Shown here: positions 47,200 to 58,267 of the stretch, in pieces
How the letters are laid out: each line of letters opens with the position of its first letter
Position numbering within the stretch: the stretch's first letter is position 1
Virus record (IMG/VR): IMGVR_UViG_3300036793_000098
Direction: 5' to 3' (one strand)
DNA length: 64,000 bases
Source of the DNA: an uncultured virus (IMG/VR IMGVR_UViG_3300036793_000098)
Taxonomy: Duplodnaviria; Heunggongvirae; Uroviricota; Caudoviricetes
The notes under the pieces: model-generated
What the model saw: the letters and a program-made list of their open reading frames with translations, nothing else
Told to the model about the DNA's origin: nothing
The model's database searches: none
Position numbers and translations under genes: made by a program

Positions 47200-47802
47200 T
47201 CAGCGCGGAGCGCGCCGACCACCGCCGGACCACTGCGACTGGGGCCACGCCGGATAACCGCCGCTGAAGCCACCCAGCCCCGGCATCTGGTACTGCGGCA
47301 CGACCGGCTGCGGTACGGGCTGCGGGTGCGCGCGCATGTAGGTGTTCACCGCCGCCTGGATCTGCGCGGCGGTCGGCGCCGGCGCCTTGAACAGCGTCGG
47401 GTTCGCCGCGATGAACGACTGCACGGCTGCCGCGAGCTGCGCGGTCGTCGGGGCGACCGGTTGCGGTAACGGCCGCTTCGCCAGCTCTGACTTGACCAGG
47501 GACTGCACCTCGTCCGGGGTGAGTCCGGACGGGGCCGGGTCGTCGTGCGGGGCGTTCTTCACCCCCGCCGCGGCGGAGCACAGCCCGGCGTCGGACAGTC
47601 GTTGCGCCACGTCGCCGCCCTGGGCGCACAGCGCGAGGATCGGGTCGGCGATGCCGTTGGCCTGGGCGACCGCGGCGTGTTTCTCGTCGTCCTGCTTGTG
47701 CGCGACGGAGATGCCGATCCATGTGGTCGCGGCGACCGCGATGGCCACGAGGACGACGAACACGCCGAGCCGCGCGGGACGGCCCGCCCGGTGGTCGCCC
47801 AT
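47200..47802 (-). CDS. Membrane-anchored Pro-rich protein
   Basis: One TM segment followed by PTxAQ repeats. Confidence 0.55.
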   Translation of the reverse strand: MGDHRAGRPARLGVFVVLVAIAVAATTWIGISVAHKQDDEKHAAVAQANGIADPILALCAQGGDVAQRLSDAGLCSAAAGVKNAPHDDPAPSGLTPDEVQSLVKSELAKRPLPQPVAPTTAQLAAAVQSFIAANPTLFKAPAPTAAQIQAAVNTYMRAHPQPVPQPVVPQYQMPGLGGFSGGYPAWPQSQWSGGGRRAPR

Positions 47803-47803
47803 G

Positions 47804-48235
47804 TCAGTTGGACGGCGGCGGTTGGGTCGGAGTGGTGGTCGGCGTCGGCTTCGGCACCAACGGGGTGGTGCAGCCCAGATACTGGTAGCTCGAGCGCAGC
47901 TGCGCGAAGATGTTCTCGTAGGTGGACCGGTCCGCGCCCGGTGCGCGGCTGTTCGGGTTGTAGCTGCCCAGGAAGCTCGAGTACATCGGACAGAGCACCT
48001 GCGACTTGGTGTCATCCAGGGCGGCGGTCGTCTCCGTCTGCGAGTGCCACAGGAACAGCAGCCCCACGGTCAAGGACAGGTCCAGGACGACGGCGAGCAC
48101 GATACCGAAGATGCGCCGCTCGGAGCGCTCAGCCCGCTTGACCAGTGCATCCACGGATACGCGGAGTCCGTCAACCACGAGAGTGAGCGACGTTGCAGCC
48201 GTCAATAGCTCACGGTTGCTGTCTGGTTCGCTCAC
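47804..48235 (-). CDS. Membrane protein
   Basis: Coiled N-terminus, one TM segment, Cys pair. Confidence 0.55.
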   Translation of the reverse strand: MSEPDSNRELLTAATSLTLVVDGLRVSVDALVKRAERSERRIFGIVLAVVLDLSLTVGLLFLWHSQTETTAALDDTKSQVLCPMYSSFLGSYNPNSRAPGADRSTYENIFAQLRSSYQYLGCTTPLVPKPTPTTTPTQPPPSN

Positions 48236-48398
48236 TGGGACTCCCCCGGTTCCTGCTCTTGTGCGATCTGTTCGGCCCGCTCGTTGATCAGGTCCGCGAC
48301 CCGGTCTAGCTCCTTCACCGCCGACAGCAACTGCAGCTGCAGGTCTTTCGAGCGGGCCAGCTCTCGGTCCAGCTTCGGCGTCGGCCGCCACAGCGGGC

Positions 48399-48683
48399 TC
48401 ACGGGTCATCACCGCCGCGACGGGTGGCGCGCAGGAACGACGCCAACGCATCGGTCACCCGAGTCAGGACCGGAATGACCTGCTGCTGGAACATCTCGTT
48501 CTGCTTGCGCAGCTCACCCTCGAGTGCGTCGTTGCGTTCCCGCTCGCGCTTCAAGTTGTCGCGGGCGTCCTTGTACATCACCCACGCCCACCACAGCGCC
48601 ACCGCCGCGAGCGCGCCGCCGGGGCCGTACTGCAGGAGGACGGAGCCGGGGTCGGTGCCGTCGGCCAGGAGCACTACTGGCAT
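48399..48683 (-). CDS. Membrane protein (holin-like/coiled coil)
   Basis: LLQYGPGGALAAVALWW then a charged coil. Confidence 0.55.
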   Translation of the reverse strand: MPVVLLADGTDPGSVLLQYGPGGALAAVALWWAWVMYKDARDNLKRERERNDALEGELRKQNEMFQQQVIPVLTRVTDALASFLRATRRGGDDP

Positions 48684-48949
48684 CTGACCAGCACTTGCGG
48701 AGACCTGCCGATGAACAGCACCCAGCAGGTGTGTCCGATGGCGGGCTGGTAGTGATCCGACCAGGCGGCGGTGAACGGGGTGGACGAGTTCGCCAGCAGC
48801 ACACTGCAGGTATGGCCGCTGACGTTGACCGACTGCACCACCGCTTGGCGGGCGCCCAACTTCATCGAGTCAGCGGGCACCCGGACCTGCGCGCGGTTGC
48901 GGCGAGCCAGTGCCCGCGCCGACCGGTTGATCGCCCCATAGATGGACAC
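48674..48949 (-). CDS. Minor tail protein
   Basis: YQPAIGHTCWVL OB-like motif, downstream of the tail tip gene. Confidence 0.55.
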   Translation of the reverse strand: MSIYGAINRSARALARRNRAQVRVPADSMKLGARQAVVQSVNVSGHTCSVLLANSSTPFTAAWSDHYQPAIGHTCWVLFIGRSPQVLVRCQ

Positions 48950-48957
48950 AGCGCCCC

Positions 48958-50968
48958 CTAGCTGGTTTGGCGGTACACGGTCAACGTCTGCGCCTCGGCG
49001 GCCGACAGTGGGGTTTGCACGTCGTTGACCATGAACGTGCCGGTGATCTTCAGCTCGCCGATGGTCACCGTGATGACGTCCCCCGGCTCGATCGCCGGAT
49101 TGGGCACGACGCTGAGTTCTACGTTCTCGGCGTTGCCGATGGACAGGTTCAACAGGGCATCCGCCGCCGCCTGCGCCTGCTCAACGGTGGTGATCTCCGG
49201 CGAGGAAGCTGGTCGGGACCTTCCCGTACGCCCCCAGGTAGTACGTGGGCGAGTTCGGGTTGTCATCAAAGGCCACCGCCGACACCGGGACCGCGTTGTC
49301 CACCGACTCGCCGTAAGCGACGATGTAGTTGAACACCGTCTGATCCGTCAACGACCGGGTCGCCGACGCGATCGTCGGGTTGGCCGAGTCGGAGAACGTC
49401 CACACCGGCTGACCCGTCCCCGGGTCCGGGACGTCGCGCAGTGTGCACACGCCTTGGGCGTCGAAGAACAGTTCCATGCCGATCGCCGTGGCCAGGTCTT
49501 GGGCGTCCTGCCACGGGTCGGAGTCCATCGACATCCCGAAGATCAGCTTCGGGGTGGTGTGCGTGGTCGAGGCGAAGTTGTACTGAGTGTTCGGGAGCCG
49601 GTCTTCGATGATGTCGTGGATCGCGTCGGCGTAGTTGGTGCCGGAGTCGACGAAATACACGTCCTCCCAGCTGTTCCGCGACACCGACCGGGACAGGTCC
49701 ACCCCGGAGATCTCGATGGACAACCCGCCGCCGGTGTTGCCGCCACCGGAGCCGGTGACCCCGTTCCCGCCGCCACCGGACCCGGACGAGCCGCCGGTGG
49801 TTCCGCCGGTGACGGTGATGTTCGTGTTGTTGATCGAGAACAGGCCCAGCGACACGAGTTCGGCGTTGGAGGCGTTAGTAGCGACCCGCACCTCGAGGTT
49901 GGACACGCTCGGCGTGGGGTCGGTGACGTGCAGCCGGGTCAGCGTGACCCGGGTCTGCACGGTCTGCCACACGCTCGTACCCGGCAACAACCGGGCGACG
50001 GGCTGGTCGTTGAAGGCCGGCTGCCACGTCAGACCGCCGTCGACGCTGGTCTCCACCGTCACCGTCGAACCCACGGCCGGCGTCGCCTGATCCCAGTGAA
50101 TCACCGAGTTGGTGATCGGAGACTGCGGGATGGCCAGCGGCGGGCTGATCCGGAACCCGGTCAGCTGGGTGAACACCTGCGGGGCCGCGTCGATCTCGTT
50201 GGGCGACGTGCTCATCGTGAAGTGCGTTTGCGTGTTCGGGATGCTGGAGGTCGCTACGACGCCCGCGTCGGTCTCGTTCGGGGACGCGGTCATCGCCACG
50301 GTGACGTCGGGGTTTTGGGCGAGGAACAGTGACGTTGCGGCCCAAGTCGCATTACTCGCTGCCGGCGGACTGAAGGGAGCACTAAGAGTGCCACTGGTGC
50401 CTGATGATAGAAAGGTTTCGCCCGCCGCGAGTACCGCCGCGAAACCGGTCGTAAGGTCGCTGCTGTATCCGATCTGAGTCATTCCGGACGCTGGTGACAG
50501 GGTCGTGGCAACAGCCGCACCGACTAGCAGCATGGAGAATGTCACGACCGCACCACCGGCGGTCACCGATACGCTCGGGGCGGGCACCGTAGACGCAGAC
50601 ACGGCGCTTGCGGAGGCACTTGAGGGGGCCCACGTCTGTGCGAGATTAGGATTCCGCACCGTGAAGGACAGCATCCCCGCCGCCACTCCTTGACTAAAAG
50701 TCAATACACCGTCCACAGAGGAAGGTGTCAGCGTCTGCGTGAAAATGGCGATTGTCCAGTTGCCGCCAATGACGGTGGTCTGGTAGCGCTTAGTCCATCC
50801 AGGAAATGAGGAGATCGTGGCGACACTGCTGGTGAAGCCAATGACGTAGATGACGCGCAGATCATTAGTCTGGAAACTGGAACCGACCGTCAGGGGGTAC
50901 GTGGCCGACAGAGCATGAAGACCAGTTGCGTCGGATACCGTGTCCAGGAACAACAGTGGGTACGGCAT
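48958..50968 (-). CDS. Tail tip/hub protein (DUF5047-like), frameshifted near 49205
   Basis: Frame 1 ...GAYGKVPTSF; the expected continuation SPEITTVEQAQAAA..VPNPAIEPGD is in the +1 frame (ORF 48958-49269). Confidence 0.65.
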
Positions 50969-50971
50969 GAC

Positions 50972-51427
50972 TCAGGACGCCGTCGCGTATACGCCGGAGG
51001 CGAACTGGGCAATCAGGTCGCTTCCGGTGGTGGTGGCGGTGAAGTCGTACGCCGTCATCGGAATGCACGCCGAGTCCGGTGAGCTGGACAACGGCCGGTA
51101 CGCGGTGACCAGCTTCCCCAGCACGTCATTCGACGCGCCACCGGCGGCGAACCAGGTCTGGTTGCCCACCGCCACCGTGTTCACATTGGTGGTGAAGTTC
51201 TGCGAGATGGTCAATCCGCTGGTCAGCACCTTGCGCCCGTAGTTGGTGAACGTGGCCTCGGTGTTCGACGCGAGCATCGTGGACAGCGTGGTGTAGTCCT
51301 GCAGCGTGGCGTCGACCTGCAGGCCGGAGGACTTGAGCAGGAGGACCAGGACGGCGTCGGACCCGGTCGCCAACGATGCTTGCTGAATGAACCGACCTTT
51401 AGCAATGGTAAAGATAAAGTTACTAAT
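50972..51427 (-). CDS. Minor tail protein, probable ATT start
   Basis: (M)SNFIFTIAKGR..EATFTNYGRK; GGGAG 6 nt upstream of ATT; in-frame stop just upstream. Confidence 0.55.
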   Translation of the reverse strand: MSNFIFTIAKGRFIQQASLATGSDAVLVLLLKSSGLQVDATLQDYTTLSTMLASNTEATFTNYGRKVLTSGLTISQNFTTNVNTVAVGNQTWFAAGGASNDVLGKLVTAYRPLSSSPDSACIPMTAYDFTATTTGSDLIAQFASGVYATAS

Positions 51428-51482
51428 GGCTAACTCCCGGTGCTACATTCGGCAAATCGAGCCAGTACGGGTCAGAGGAAGA

Positions 51483-51863
51483 TCAGGTCCAGCCCAAAAT
51501 GAGCGAGCCGGAAACCGGGTCGCCGATCGTTCCGTTGTTGGTGCCCTGGTTGAATGTGGCCGCGCTGTTGTCCAAGTCCTGGACCGCATCAACCTCGGTG
51601 ATCAGTACCCCGCGCCACAGCTGCGCCCGAGTGCCGAACGGCGCCAACACCGCCGACATATCCGCCGGCGTCAGCGAACCGTCCGGATCGGCGAGGGTGG
51701 CGTCGAATTGCCGCATCTGTGCCGCCGTGCGGTCCGCGGTCACGTTGCCGGCCACGATCGGCAGCTGCATGACGACGGTGCCGTTCTGGATGATGTCGCA
51801 CCGCGACACCGCTTGATGTGATCCTTGAATGGCGGCCTGGAAGGCCGATGAAGTGGGTTGCAC
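51483..51863 (-). CDS. N-terminal DUF5047-like tail module
   Basis: FQAAIQGSH..LPIVAGNVTAD..LAPFG..LWRGV. Confidence 0.6.
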   Translation of the reverse strand: MQPTSSAFQAAIQGSHQAVSRCDIIQNGTVVMQLPIVAGNVTADRTAAQMRQFDATLADPDGSLTPADMSAVLAPFGTRAQLWRGVLITEVDAVQDLDNSAATFNQGTNNGTIGDPVSGSLILGWT

Positions 51864-51875
51864 AATGACCGCCCC

Positions 51876-53474
51876 TCAGGACGTAATCGGCGGAGCGGCC
51901 GTACTGGTGTACGAGACGGAAACCTTGTGATAGTTCGGTACGAGCTCCCAGTCATAACTCATGTCGCTGCCCGCCGCGCCCGGTCCGAACAGCACGTAGA
52001 GCTGTTCACCGTTCGGGTACTGCACCAGCAGAATGTGTCCGGACTGGTCCAGCTGCTTGAACGCTGACCAGTAGTCCGCCGGCTGGTCTTTGTAGAAGTT
52101 CAGCGTGTACGTGCCTTCGGGGCCGTACTGCGGACCGTTCACGACGATCTTGTCGACCAGTAGCTCACCGGAGATGACTTCGAACGTGCCCTGCACCCGC
52201 CGCACCGTGCGCGCGTCGCCCTGATACGCGATCGGGAACGGGGTGTTCACCGTCGGGTCGAGCACGTCCTTCAACCATGGAACGTCGACCTGCGGGGTGA
52301 CGGTGACAACGTTCGAGTACCCGGCGGCGGCGAACAGCAACGACCCGGTCTGCCCATAGGCCAGCACCCGGTACTTCGACGGAATGTTCAGCGGCGCCTC
52401 GTAGTCGTACACCGTCATCGTGCCGCCCGTGTTGGTCAGCAGCAGGGCGTTGCGCACCGGCCCGTAGGTCACACCGTTGTCCTGCGACGACTGGACCGCG
52501 TACGCCACCGTGGCCGGCGTGGGGCCGCCGGTGGTGATGTCCAGACGAACCCGGTTATAGACACTGTCGAACAGCGAGTTGGAGATCACCGCGTTCGGGG
52601 CGCCGGAGATGGATTGGGTCCAGGTGATCGACGCGATCCCGGACGGGAAGTCGTTCGACCCCGGCCAGGTCTGATTGACCTGCACATAGGCCGAGTAGCC
52701 ACCGTTAACGATGTCCGTGTTCAACGTCCACTGCAGATCTTCCCCGAAGGTCAACCCCGAGGTTTGGACCGGTGGGGTGACGAACGGGACGAAGCCACCG
52801 GCCGCGACCTGCGCGGCGGTGTAGATGGCCACGTTGTACGCGGCCTGCGGGTTGCTGTCCGGGGACGTGTAGGTCCAGGTGACCGTCGGCCGACACGTCG
52901 TGGTGATCGTCCCGGTGGGGGCGGTGACGGTGATGACCGCCTGCTGGGTGTAGGTGATATCCACATACACCTCGGAGATCCGCAACGGGTTCCCTGAGAC
53001 GTCATCGCGCCCGAGATGCACCTCGAACTGGTTGAACGAGGCCAACGTCCACGGGTTGCCGTCCGGGTCCGACGTCAAGTTCTCCAGCTGCTGCTCCACC
53101 CACACGACCGTGGGTTGTCGTGGGCAGCGCCACCCGAACAGCAACAGCAGGATGAAGTCGATGATGACCGTGATGATGTTCGGCGGGCGGTGGCAGCGGA
53201 ACCAGCCCAAACAGATCGGCTGCGGCGCCGGCCACACCACCGTTTGGATGCGGATCCGCACCCCGACCGAGCTGATCTGAGCCCCGGTCGGGATGGTGAT
53301 CGTCGGCAGCCCGAGCCGCAGCCGCTGGGTGTCCAGGCGGCACCGGGGGGTGAGCTGCACATAGGTGGTGTCGGTGTTGTCGGACAGGGCGGTGTGTGCG
53401 TTCGCCGCGCCGACCACCGACCAGGAGCCGAGCTGGACGGTGGAGTTCGGTCGGACCGTGGTGACCGCGCTCAT
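51876..53474 (-). CDS. Distal/minor tail protein
   Basis: Directly after the tape measure; DYEAPLN, WLKD..P motifs. Confidence 0.7.
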   Translation of the reverse strand: MSAVTTVRPNSTVQLGSWSVVGAANAHTALSDNTDTTYVQLTPRCRLDTQRLRLGLPTITIPTGAQISSVGVRIRIQTVVWPAPQPICLGWFRCHRPPNIITVIIDFILLLLFGWRCPRQPTVVWVEQQLENLTSDPDGNPWTLASFNQFEVHLGRDDVSGNPLRISEVYVDITYTQQAVITVTAPTGTITTTCRPTVTWTYTSPDSNPQAAYNVAIYTAAQVAAGGFVPFVTPPVQTSGLTFGEDLQWTLNTDIVNGGYSAYVQVNQTWPGSNDFPSGIASITWTQSISGAPNAVISNSLFDSVYNRVRLDITTGGPTPATVAYAVQSSQDNGVTYGPVRNALLLTNTGGTMTVYDYEAPLNIPSKYRVLAYGQTGSLLFAAAGYSNVVTVTPQVDVPWLKDVLDPTVNTPFPIAYQGDARTVRRVQGTFEVISGELLVDKIVVNGPQYGPEGTYTLNFYKDQPADYWSAFKQLDQSGHILLVQYPNGEQLYVLFGPGAAGSDMSYDWELVPNYHKVSVSYTSTAAPPITS

Positions 53475-56400
53475 CGCTTCTGCCCCTGCGACACCGAGGT
53501 CAGCTTGTCGATGACCCGCTCGATCCTGTGGTCAGTACGAATGTCGATCTCCCGGCCGTCGATGTAGAGCCGGTGCTCATGCACGCAGTGCTTGCTCTGT
53601 CCGCCCTGCTGCGCCTGCCCCGAGGCGATCGAGATCGGCGCGTTCTGCGGCTGCATCGACGCACCGGAGCCGGCAAGACCGAGCAGGCCCATGCGCCCGA
53701 GTGCGGCCGTGGCCTCACCGGTCGCGGCCGAGGCCAGCCCGAGCGCGGCGGCCTTCACCGTGCCCAAGGACTGGGTGATGCCCTTGGCCAAGTTGATCCC
53801 GAACAGCTGACCCACGTTCTGGGCGTCCACCGTCGCGGTCGCGTGCAGTACCTCGATAACAGTGATCCCGGTGTCATGGGCGGCCTTGCGGCACCAGCGC
53901 TCCTCCTCGCGGATGCCGCGCCAGAACCCTTCGCCGAACCAACGCCCGATCTCGTGCAGCAACCGGGACGGGGACGACGTTTCCAGGGCGGAGTTGACCG
54001 CGTCCACCGAGCCCTGCGCCATCGAGGTGGCGGCGGCAGCCACGCCGGTCTGGGTGCCGACGATGCCGTTGACGAAGCCCTGGTTGAAGTCCTCTCCCAC
54101 GGCTTCCATGACCTTCGACGGGGACGCCGACCCGATCGCGCCCTGCGCACCGGCCACCGCGGCGCTACCGACCGACGCACCGGCCGAAGCCGCACCGCCG
54201 GTGCCGCCACCGCCTCCGGAAGAGCCGCCGCCGGACAGCCCGGCTTCCTTCATCAACGAGATCAGCTTCTGCAGGTCTTCGATCAGCTTCTTCACTTCTT
54301 CGTCGAGCTTCTTCGCGGCCTTGGCGCCGTCCTCGAACGCCCGCTCCATGGCCTGGCCGGCTTCCGGGGCGATCTGGGTGATCTCGTCGAAGTCCTGGAT
54401 GAGCGACGCGACGTCCTGCTCCAGATCCAGCACCGACTGGTCCACGTAGATGATCTGCTGCTGCAACTGGTACAGCTGCTCCACCGTGGTGCCCAGGTCG
54501 GTTTCCCACTGGTTCGTCACCGCGTCGGCGGCCGCGATCGACTGGGTGAACTGCTGCACCGAGGAGTTCAGTTGCTGCAGCGTCTGCTGGAACTGCTTGA
54601 GCACCTGCAGGCCCTGGGTGACGGCTTGCACGAACTGCTGCATCGACTTGACCAGCTGGGTGAACTGCTGCACCGCTTGGCGCAGCTGCGCGACGAACTG
54701 GGTGAATGACTTCACGAACGACGTCCACAGCGGGGTCACCGCCTTGAGCTGGGCGTCGAAGGTGGTGAACGACTTCACGAACGTCGTCCAGGTCGCGTTC
54801 GCCGCCTTCACCTGCGCGGTGAATGTCGAGAACGACTTCACGAACGCGGTCCACAACGGACCGACGGCCTTGAGCTGCGCGTCGAAGGTGGTGAAGTTCT
54901 TCACGAACGTCGCCCAGATCGGCCCCACGGCCTTGATCTGTGCGTCGAACGTCGTGGTGTCCTTCACGAACGTCGCCCACGGGGCGGTCGCGGCCTTGAC
55001 CTGCGCGGCGAAGGAGGTGAAGTCCTTCACGAACGTCGCCCACGTCGGACCGGCGGACTTCAGCTGCGCCCCGAACGTGGTCACGTCCTTGACGAAGGTG
55101 GCGAACGGGCCCGCCACCTCCTTGACCGCCGGGCCCAGCTTCTGCATGTCCGCGACCACCGGGTCCATCCCGGCCTGCACAGCCTTGAACGCCGGGCCCA
55201 GGTTGGTCGCGGCGGTGTTCAGGTCGGTCAGCGGCTGCTTCGCGTCCGAGGCCTGCTTCGCCAGGGACTGCACATCGGTGCCGACCTGCTTCGTCGGATC
55301 CGACAGACCCTCCACGGAGGACTTCGCGTCGTCCAGCGGCGGCTTGATGTCTTTGACCGAGGAGCCGAGGTCGTCGACCGGCTTCTTCGCCTGGTCGAGC
55401 TTGTCGCCGGTGTCCTTCGCGGCGTTACCCAGATCGTTGGTCGGGGCCACCGCGCCCTTGTTCGCGTCCGCCAAGTCCTTAGCCTTGTCGCCGGTGGCCG
55501 CCATCACGACACCCTGGTTCTGCACCGGGGGTGCGGCGTCGTTGCTGGCCGCGATCAGGTCCCGCTCGGACTGGGTGGTCGTACCGAGGGCCTCGTCCAT
55601 GTGCGCGATCGCCAGCTTGCACTTGTCGAAGAAGTCGACGACCTTCGCGCCCAACCCGATCAGATCAGAGATCGCGGTGAACAGACCGGTGACGATGTCG
55701 ATAACACCCTTGATCACCGAGGTGATCGCCGGCCCGTTCTGGGCGATGGAGTCCTTCAGGGCGCTGAACGCGGGCTCGCACTGCTTGATCGCGTTCATGA
55801 AATCGGTGCCCAGATCGGTGACGATCTGGATGATGTCCTGGATTTCCTTGCCGATCTCCCCCGATGCGGACGACACCGACCCGGAGAACTTGTTCATCTG
55901 GGCGGTGCTGTCCCCGATCGCCTTCATCACCGCGACACCGAGATTGGTGAAGGCGTCCATGGCCGGCTTCATCGCCGGCTGCACCTTCTCCGCCATCGAC
56001 TTGAACGAGTCGCTGAGCCGGCCCACGTCCTGGATCAGTGGGGTGATCTCCTTCGACCCGATCGTGATCAACGCGGCGCCCAAATCGCCCAGCTTCCCGA
56101 TCAACTTCTCGGCAGCCGGCACCGCCGCGTCCCACGCCCCAGACGCGTTATGGAACGCGGTCGCCATGTGCTCCACGGCCAGAATGCCGGCCTGCATCAG
56201 GCCGGGCAGCGCGTTGAAGAACTGCCGGAACTGCGGCGCCAACGTCTGCGTGATCACGTTGAACCCGTTCGCCAGCTCCTTCAGCGACGCCACGACCTTC
56301 GGGATGGCCTGCTGCGCGACGGAGGCGATCGTCCGGAACGCCGCCTTGAGCGGCTCCGCGATCTGCGGCAACGCCTGGCGCACCGCCTGGATCATCTGCT

Positions 56401-57547
56401 GCAGCACTTGACCGAACGGCTTCGTGATGTCGGCGAAGTCCTTCTTGATCTCGGTCGCCAAGTCCTTGAACTGCTTCTTCACTTCCTTGTTGCCCGACTC
56501 GGCCGCGACCACCAACCCGGTGATCGCCGCGCCGGCGGCGAGCATCGCTATCCCGAAGCCGGCGAACGCGGCCACCGCCACCACGGCCAGCGCGGCAACA
56601 GCCGCGACCAGGGCGGCGGCGGCCACGGCGGCGATCGCGGCGGCGGCGGCGAACACGCCCATCGCCATCGCGGCCATCGGGATGACCCCGGCCAGTGTCT
56701 CCATGGCTGCGGCGAACCCGGACGCGGCGCCCGTCGCCAACCCCTGCATCGACCCGGTGACGGTGCCGATCACCTGGTCCAGGTTGTTCATCGCGCCGAC
56801 CACGAGTCCGACACCCTGCTCCACGTCGGTGAAGCCGCCCTCGATGACCTGGAACGCGCCGGTGACGTCGTTCAGCGCGGTCTCGAAGGTGATAAAGCCC
56901 TGCTCAGCGGCGGTCACCCCTGACTCCAGGGCGGTCATCCCACCCTCGAGCGCGGTGACCCCTCCCTCCGCTGCCTGTGCGGCGCCCTCGATGGCGGTCA
57001 ATCCGCCCTCCAGGGCCTGCACGCCGCCCTCCAGGGCGGTAGCGCCCTGCTCAGCGGTGGTGAGGCCGGACTCAAGGGCCGTGACGCCCTGCTCGGCGGA
57101 CTGTGCGGCCCCCTCGACGGCGGTAAGGGCGGACGTCATCCCCTGAGCGTCCGTAGCGAACGTCGCCACTACCTGCTCAGTAGTGGTCACCGCCCCCTCC
57201 AGGGCGACAAAGCCCTGCTCGGCCTCTTTGATCTGGCTCGAGTCCACGTCGATCTTGATGGTGTCGTTGTCGAGGGCATCCGCCTCGGCCTTCAGCGCCG
57301 CGAGCTCCGCCTCGGCCTCCGCTACCCCTGAGGTGTCCACGTCGATCTTGATGGTGTCGCCGGCGTCGGTCAGTGCCGCCTTCAGCGCCTCAACCTCGGC
57401 GATCGCGTCCGTGACTTGGGAGAAATCGACCTCGATGGCGATCTTCGAGTCCTTGAAGGACTCGAGGAGTGCCTTGAACTCTTCGACCTGCGCCTTGGCC
57501 TCTTCGGCCTCGGCGTTGAACCGGATAGTGAGCTCAGAATCGGCCAT
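53471..57547 (-). CDS. Tape measure protein
   Basis: ~1360 aa, Ala-rich, 14- and 18-aa amphipathic repeats, SPSK/SPSR motifs. Confidence 0.9.
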   Translation of the reverse strand: MADSELTIRFNAEAEEAKAQVEEFKALLESFKDSKIAIEVDFSQVTDAIAEVEALKAALTDAGDTIKIDVDTSGVAEAEAELAALKAEADALDNDTIKIDVDSSQIKEAEQGFVALEGAVTTTEQVVATFATDAQGMTSALTAVEGAAQSAEQGVTALESGLTTAEQGATALEGGVQALEGGLTAIEGAAQAAEGGVTALEGGMTALESGVTAAEQGFITFETALNDVTGAFQVIEGGFTDVEQGVGLVVGAMNNLDQVIGTVTGSMQGLATGAASGFAAAMETLAGVIPMAAMAMGVFAAAAAIAAVAAAALVAAVAALAVVAVAAFAGFGIAMLAAGAAITGLVVAAESGNKEVKKQFKDLATEIKKDFADITKPFGQVLQQMIQAVRQALPQIAEPLKAAFRTIASVAQQAIPKVVASLKELANGFNVITQTLAPQFRQFFNALPGLMQAGILAVEHMATAFHNASGAWDAAVPAAEKLIGKLGDLGAALITIGSKEITPLIQDVGRLSDSFKSMAEKVQPAMKPAMDAFTNLGVAVMKAIGDSTAQMNKFSGSVSSASGEIGKEIQDIIQIVTDLGTDFMNAIKQCEPAFSALKDSIAQNGPAITSVIKGVIDIVTGLFTAISDLIGLGAKVVDFFDKCKLAIAHMDEALGTTTQSERDLIAASNDAAPPVQNQGVVMAATGDKAKDLADANKGAVAPTNDLGNAAKDTGDKLDQAKKPVDDLGSSVKDIKPPLDDAKSSVEGLSDPTKQVGTDVQSLAKQASDAKQPLTDLNTAATNLGPAFKAVQAGMDPVVADMQKLGPAVKEVAGPFATFVKDVTTFGAQLKSAGPTWATFVKDFTSFAAQVKAATAPWATFVKDTTTFDAQIKAVGPIWATFVKNFTTFDAQLKAVGPLWTAFVKSFSTFTAQVKAANATWTTFVKSFTTFDAQLKAVTPLWTSFVKSFTQFVAQLRQAVQQFTQLVKSMQQFVQAVTQGLQVLKQFQQTLQQLNSSVQQFTQSIAAADAVTNQWETDLGTTVEQLYQLQQQIIYVDQSVLDLEQDVASLIQDFDEITQIAPEAGQAMERAFEDGAKAAKKLDEEVKKLIEDLQKLISLMKEAGLSGGGSSGGGGGTGGAASAGASVGSAAVAGAQGAIGSASPSKVMEAVGEDFNQGFVNGIVGTQTGVAAAATSMAQGSVDAVNSALETSSPSRLLHEIGRWFGEGFWRGIREEERWCRKAAHDTGITVIEVLHATATVDAQNVGQLFGINLAKGITQSLGTVKAAALGLASAATGEATAALGRMGLLGLAGSGASMQPQNAPISIASGQAQQGGQSKHCVHEHRLYIDGREIDIRTDHRIERVIDKLTSVSQGQKR

Positions 57548-58219
57548 CGAACCCACGCCCCCTATCCGGTTGTCCGTACTTCAGCTCGAACTGGTCCAAC
57601 TCCAGGTCACCCGGGTCTTCCGCGCCCTGAGCGAACTGGGCGCCCCGCAAACTGGCGAAGGCTTGACGCGCGTCGTCGCGTTCCTGGCCGAACGGGCCCC
57701 GGATCGCCATCCACGCGTCCCACTCCGCCAAATCCGTGGCGGTACCGCAGGCCCTCAGGAATGCGCGGCGGGAGGCGAACTTGAGATGGGCCGCGAGGTC
57801 GAGCTGGCGGAGGATGTCCGGGCGGCTCCGGATTTTCCCTCAAGCGCCTTCTTCGAGTCCTTCGTCATGTGCGACAACTTCCGGGCCAGATCCGCGATCC
57901 GCTCACACCCGGCCGAACCGAGCGAGTTCACCACCGCGATACCGCGACCGGTGTCCGGCCAAATGCGGGCACCGGATGCCTGCCGGGCCGCGAACACGAC
58001 CAGGCGGGAAGTGTTGTTCGACATGTTCAGCTCGTAGTCGGAGCCATCAATCTCGAACATCGGTGCCCGGTACTCGTCCATCTCCGCGGCGGTCAGCTCC
58101 TGCACCCACACCGAGCACTTCCACTCGGGAACGTCGATGCGCTGGCGGGCGGCCTCCCACTTGATGCCGCCGGAGTCGACCAGCTCGGGGAACTCGAAGT
58201 CGTCGTCAAACTCGCTCAT
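57534..58219 (-). CDS. Tail assembly chaperones G/GT with programmed -1 frameshift
   Basis: G GGA AAA slippery site at 57839-57833; the -1 frame reads IRSRPDIL...LAEWDAW into ORF 57534-57731. Confidence 0.85.
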
Positions 58220-58267
58220 TCTCATGTCTCCTGTTTTGTGATGCACGAACAACCCCCAACGTGAGGG

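Noticed and set aside
54450..56411. Long plus-strand ORFs opposite structural genes (also 35863-37158, 61426-63099)
   Set aside because: Antisense shadows of high-GC coding sequence
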